Positions 51,810 through 54,907 of a stretch of DNA of 54,907 bases are shown here, piece after piece (the first letter of the stretch is position 1; every line of letters begins with the position of its first letter). Position numbers and translations under genes: made by a program. The DNA is from Deltaproteobacteria bacterium (GTDB taxonomy: Bacteria; Desulfobacterota; Desulfobacteria; Desulfobacterales; ETH-SRB1). Under the pieces are notes generated by a model. That model saw only the letters and a list, made by a program, of their open reading frames with translations, did not search any database and was not told where the DNA came from. Where the stretch lies: NCBI GenBank assembly GCA_030627405.1, contig DAOUSD010000001.1, positions 1-54,907 of the forward strand. The letters run 5' to 3'.

Positions 51810-51899
51810 AATAGTGGCGATTAACGCACGAAATTAGATTGAAAGAATACAGTAAAAAAGAAAAAAAGGGAGGGTTTTCTTCTCTTAAAAACTAAGAAT

Positions 51900-52763
51900 A
51901 TGAAAAACAAATTTAAAAACAATTGCTGTGATGGAATATATAACAGCTTTGATGTACACTTTACAAGTGCCTGTGATAATAAATGCGCACATTGTATTGA
52001 TATGAAATACTCTGGTTTTGATATTAAGAAACCTGATATTAACGCAATTGCAAAAACTATAATCGACAAGCAAGAAGGTTATAATGATGTTTTATTTTTA
52101 GGTGGAGAACCTTGTTTATATTTACAAGAGTTGATTGACTGCATTAAGCTTGTGAAAGCAAAAACTAAGCTTAAAATATTTGTAACTACTGCCGTGCCAA
52201 AAATATGCCACGATAGAATTGATTTATTCACAGAGCTTATTGCTTTGGTTGATGGAATGAATTTAAGCGTACAAAGCCACAATGAAGCTGTTGCAGATGA
52301 AATAAGGAAGGTTAAAAGTAAATATGACAGGCAATCTTTTTACAACAACCTACCAAGTAAAGAGAAGATTAGAATTAACCTTAATATTGTAAAGCCCTAT
52401 TTATACAAAAAAGAGGATATTGAAGAGTGTTTACTGCATTACGATAAGATGGGATTTAACTCTATTAAAATAAGTGAAATACAACACGGAAAAGATTATT
52501 TTGTTTCTTTTGAAGAAACATTTAATTTAAAGCTTGGTACACCTTATTTTAATGGATGCCAAAAATATTTAAAAATGAATGATTTGATACCAAACTTTAA
52601 AACTCCAGTACTACTAAAGAGAAGTTGCTTTATTTGCGAAAAAACGCTAAAAGCCTCTTTTATGGATGGTGTAAAAGTTTGCTCAAAATTATTTACAATA
52701 GCTAAGAAAAGCAACTATGGAGTTGTTTATGAAAACGGATGTTTAACTAAAGGATGGAGGTAA
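51900..52763 (+). CDS. Radical SAM enzyme, subfamily unassigned
   Basis: The Cx3Cx2C cluster motif is FTSACDNKCAHC (residues 25-32), followed by the LFLGGEP SAM-binding motif. 287 aa with 6 further Cys in the last 80 aa and no canonical SPASM pattern seen. Confidence 0.85.
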   Translation: MKNKFKNNCCDGIYNSFDVHFTSACDNKCAHCIDMKYSGFDIKKPDINAIAKTIIDKQEGYNDVLFLGGEPCLYLQELIDCIKLVKAKTKLKIFVTTAVPKICHDRIDLFTELIALVDGMNLSVQSHNEAVADEIRKVKSKYDRQSFYNNLPSKEKIRINLNIVKPYLYKKEDIEECLLHYDKMGFNSIKISEIQHGKDYFVSFEETFNLKLGTPYFNGCQKYLKMNDLIPNFKTPVLLKRSCFICEKTLKASFMDGVKVCSKLFTIAKKSNYGVVYENGCLTKGWR

Positions 52764-52768
52764 AAATT

Positions 52769-52855
52769 ATGTACACAAGAATTTTAAGAAAAGTTGCAAA
52801 CGCCATTGAAGCAATGGCAGGACACTGCGGAGGCAGTACGGGACATTGTTCCTAA
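52769..52855 (+). CDS. 28-aa peptide MYTRILRKVANAIEAMAGHCGGSTGHCS, candidate radical-SAM substrate or RiPP precursor
   Basis: Hand-translated. The ATG lies 5 nt after the rSAM stop, and GGAGG lies 8 nt upstream. The peptide has a helical basic N-terminal half and a G/H/C/S-rich C-terminal half with two GHC units. A hairpin terminator follows directly. Confidence 0.45.
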   Translation: MYTRILRKVANAIEAMAGHCGGSTGHCS

Positions 52856-52860
52856 CCAAA

Positions 52861-52900
52861 TTGGCTTGCAAAGCCAAAAGAGCGGTGGCTTTTTCTTTTT
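52861..52900 (+). terminator. Terminator candidate after the rSAM-peptide pair
   Basis: Hairpin TTGGCTT-gca-AAGCCAA lies at 52861..52877. An alternative stem pairs AGCCA with TGGCT (52886..90) and is followed by ttttcttttt. Confidence 0.5.
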
Positions 52901-53031
52901 GGTAAATTAGCACGAAACTCGATTGAAACACAGCGCATTACCTATATATGGTGTTGTGCGCTGTGCTTTCTCTTCTAAAAAGTGATAAGATTCAAAATTA
53001 AAACCTATTCGCTTTTTAGGGGCATTGCGCA

Positions 53032-53047
53032 CAACGGTTTGTGTATG
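53032..53047 (+). repeat. Early-arm intergenic motif copy
   Basis: caacggtttgtgtatg followed by catagtgcgc and gaattacgcacag. Confidence 0.6.
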
Positions 53048-53134
53048 CATAGTGCGCTTTTGAATTACGCACAGAAGTAAAAACGAAGATAACCAGCTCC
53101 GCATACGGTGTGCGAGGGCATAAAATTAAATAAG

Positions 53135-53380
53135 ATGATAAACAATGACTTATTAAAGGAGTTCAACGCCTTACAAAACGATGTTGAAAAGTGGAAATGG
53201 GTTAAAGAACATCAGCACACTGGCATAGTTATTATGCTGGATAATGATGATACGTTTGGTCAACTTCCCGACCAAGAAGACCCTGATGATATTCTGATAT
53301 TCCAATTCGATGATTATATTGGATACGGAGGTGTTGAAGAGTTGTTAAAAGCTTACGGCATTAAATCAGAGGGTGTGTAG
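53135..53380 (+). CDS. Small acidic protein
   Basis: The start was taken at MINNDLLKEF. A D/E-rich segment is DNDDTFGQLPDQEDPDDILIFQFDD. Confidence 0.5.
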   Translation: MINNDLLKEFNALQNDVEKWKWVKEHQHTGIVIMLDNDDTFGQLPDQEDPDDILIFQFDDYIGYGGVEELLKAYGIKSEGV

Positions 53381-53448
53381 GCAAAAGCCAAATACGAGAG
53401 CCAGCGCATTATGTATGACACTTTGTTATAGGCTTTTAAAATTACGGG

Positions 53449-53754
53449 ATGAAAAAAGAAAAATATTACTTTAAACGTAGTGACTCTGAGATTTGCAGAA
53501 CAGTAGCTTATTTTGATAGCTATATGCAGCAAAACAATTTAACAGAGATTGAAGTATTTGAAGCTGAGCCTGAAATTATAGGCGGTGGTATATTTTGGTG
53601 TAAGGAGCATTTGTTTTGCGGTGATGGAACGACAGACACCTGTGGTAAAAAGAATTGTAAAGACTACGAGCCACGAAACAAAATAAGCGGTGTATGTAAA
53701 CACCACACCCATAGACTATATACACACGGCAATAAAGTTACATTACGATTGTAG
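53449..53754 (+). CDS. Cys/His-rich protein
   Basis: 101 aa with the pattern CKEHLFCGDG..DTCGKKNC...CKHHTH. Confidence 0.55.
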   Translation: MKKEKYYFKRSDSEICRTVAYFDSYMQQNNLTEIEVFEAEPEIIGGGIFWCKEHLFCGDGTTDTCGKKNCKDYEPRNKISGVCKHHTHRLYTHGNKVTLRL

Positions 53755-53770
53755 CAATTTTTATTGTCTA

Positions 53771-53786
53771 TAACGTTGAATGTATG
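53771..53786 (+). repeat. Early-arm intergenic motif copy
   Basis: taacgttgaatgtatg, preceded by tttttattgtcta. Confidence 0.55.
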
Positions 53787-53900
53787 TGTAGTACAGCCTT
53801 GCACATATTTTCAACCTTAAATTAAACTTAATTGGCTGTATTACATATACATATTGTTAGCGTTTCGTTTTTGAGCGTTGGCATTTTAAAACTTAAAGCT

Positions 53901-54080
53901 ATGGCAGAATATTGCGAAGATTGCGGATGTAAAGTGTACGGTAATGGATGCACTAATTGTAATGAAGAGTTATATATACTCGACCAATACGATGAACTTG
54001 AAATGGAAAGACCAAGTGAGGACACGGATTTTATGAAGAAAGCACGTGAACAGCAAGAGTGTTTGGCAAATGAACGCTAA
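53901..54080 (+). CDS. Small zinc-ribbon protein
   Basis: The start was taken at MAEYCEDCGCKVYGNGCTNCN. Confidence 0.5.
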   Translation: MAEYCEDCGCKVYGNGCTNCNEELYILDQYDELEMERPSEDTDFMKKAREQQECLANER

Positions 54081-54093
54081 CGTTGCAGCGTAT
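54078..54093 (+). repeat. Early-arm intergenic motif copy
   Basis: taacgttgcagcgtat. Its TAA is the stop codon, and it is followed by aatttaaccacgaa. Confidence 0.55.
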
Positions 54094-54244
54094 GTTGCGT
54101 TGCCAATTTAACCACGAAATTTTGATACGAGAACGTCTGTAATAATTATTTTTAGGGAGGTTCTTTTTTGTTTTAATAAATAGTTGGTAATTAGTAAATA
54201 ATTACTATATTTGTAGGGTAATTATAAATTTAAACACTGAAACG

Positions 54245-54568
54245 ATGAAAACAAGAGATTACTTTACAGAAAAAACGAATGAGCTTGCACAGGAATTAAA
54301 AGCTGATATAATAGAAAGAACAAAAGAATTTATCGGTGATACATTTATGAATGATGACGAAAGCAATGCCATTGGATTCTTTAATCATATTTCCGATAGT
54401 GACGATACCGGGATGATATACAGCATCTATTTTGGTAAAGAGGAAATTACAATTTACCCGGGTGCAGAAGATTTATGCGAATATCATCTTTCTGATATTA
54501 TGGATGTACATGATTTGCTTTTATTGCACTACATAGTTTCTTCTGATAATTTTAAAAACGAAATTTAA
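54245..54568 (+). CDS. Acidic protein, function unknown
   Basis: 107-aa ORF, D/E-rich throughout. Confidence 0.55.
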   Translation: MKTRDYFTEKTNELAQELKADIIERTKEFIGDTFMNDDESNAIGFFNHISDSDDTGMIYSIYFGKEEITIYPGAEDLCEYHLSDIMDVHDLLLLHYIVSSDNFKNEI

Positions 54569-54738
54569 TGACAAAAGAAAAAACAAAAGCGGTTACATTA
54601 TCGCTTACCAAAAGTGAAGAACAGGACTTAATTGATATTTCAAAAAAGCTCTTTGGGAAATCAAATAAAAGCGGAATGATTCGCTATTGGCTGAATCAAA
54701 ATAGGCTTGAAAAGCCTACAGCGGGATGGCAAAAATAA
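54568..54738 (+). CDS. Ribbon-helix-helix (CopG/Arc-like) protein candidate, 56 aa
   Basis: Hand-translated. It contains KAVTLSLTKSEEQDLIDISKKLFGKSNKSGMIRYWL, and its ATG overlaps the previous stop codon. Confidence 0.45.
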   Translation: MTKEKTKAVTLSLTKSEEQDLIDISKKLFGKSNKSGMIRYWLNQNRLEKPTAGWQK

Positions 54739-54784
54739 TTATGGGCTTAACCCAGAAAAGTTAAATCGAAGTACTGAACCAGCA

Positions 54785-54907
54785 ATGCAATATTACGCAT
54801 TGTTAGCAAACGAAAGTGAACTGTTATTTGCTTTTTTTATGTGGTTTCGAGAGAATGGGGAAAAATACATGAATGAAAGTATTGAGAAAATGATTCAGAC
54901 ATACTTG
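54785..54907 (+). CDS. 5' part of a 45-aa ORF that crosses the end junction (MQYYALLANESELLFAFFMWFRENGEKYMNESIEKMIQTYLKSKL)
   Basis: The frame is open from ATG 54785 to the window end. In the joined genome it stops at the TAG corresponding to 116..118. Confidence 0.3.
   Translation, partial: MQYYALLANESELLFAFFMWFRENGEKYMNESIEKMIQTYL
54805..54907. repeat. Direct terminal repeat, copy 2 (identical to 1..103)
   Basis: Exact 103-nt identity with the window start. Confidence 0.95.

Noticed and set aside
51821-52282. Minus-strand ORFs overlapping the radical SAM gene start and interior (51821..52069, 51885..52073, 52079..52282)
   Set aside because: They are antisense to a gene with clear catalytic motifs, and their translations are hydrophobic shadow sequences.
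52907-53104. 65-aa minus-strand ORF downstream of the rSAM-peptide pair
   Set aside because: It covers an early-motif copy and its conserved boxes in an otherwise plus-strand region, so it is probably non-coding.
1-54907. Lysogeny module (integrase, excisionase, att site) or stop-codon reassignment
   Set aside because: No tyrosine or serine recombinase-like ORF was recognised. Only small HTH or RHH proteins are present. Very long ORFs (1752, 1095 and 874 aa) read through uninterrupted in the standard code, so there is no sign of TAG or TGA recoding.

Overview
The window is a complete tailed dsDNA phage genome of about 54.8 kb. The first 103 nt are repeated exactly as the last 103 nt, so the unique length is 54,804 bp. 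This is consistent with a circular assembly or terminal redundancy. The genome looks AT-rich by eye (not computed). No sheath gene was recognised and there is a 1095-aa tape measure protein, so the virion is probably siphovirus-like. The host is probably a Bacteroidota (Flavobacteriia-like) bacterium. This is inferred from TAnnTTTG-type -7 promoter boxes, the near absence of Shine-Dalgarno sequences, and MKK...A-x-AQ signal peptides. The genome has two arms. (1) The minus-strand late arm runs from 32.67 kb down to 1.78 kb. It encodes small terminase, then a roughly 5-kb accessory island (GIY-YIG nuclease, MT-A70 methyltransferase, DnaQ-like exonuclease, a frameshifted NUMOD4/HNH homing endonuclease). 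It continues with large terminase, portal, prohead protease, an HK97-type capsid protein, neck genes, major tail protein and an overlapping chaperone-like ORF pair. It ends with the tape measure, Dit/Tal-like proteins, a 1752-aa fibre and a glucosaminidase-type lysis cassette. (2) The plus-strand early/middle arm runs from 33.3 kb across the end junction to 1.6 kb. It encodes a RecE/RecT-like recombination module, a DnaA-C-like HTH protein, ASCH, NinG-like and KilA-N proteins, a replisome organiser plus AAA loader, and dozens of small ORFs, many of them Zn-ribbon. The arms converge on a bidirectional terminator at about 1.74 kb. The most interesting observations are listed here. An orphan radical-SAM gene is tightly coupled to a 28-aa GHC-repeat peptide, a candidate phage RiPP-like cassette. 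A family of 16 copies of an intergenic motif punctuates the small-ORF early region. An 18-nt late-promoter core occurs three times and differs from the early motif by a GG insertion. An overlapping ORF pair upstream of the tape measure has an A7 run at the stop in a +1/-2 frame relationship. A copy of the tape-measure core motif sits inside an unrelated small gene. A GC-rich structured RNA candidate lies in the divergent control region. Several late-module proteins, including the fibre, carry Sec-type signal peptides. No integrase, tRNA, rRNA or CRISPR array was found.
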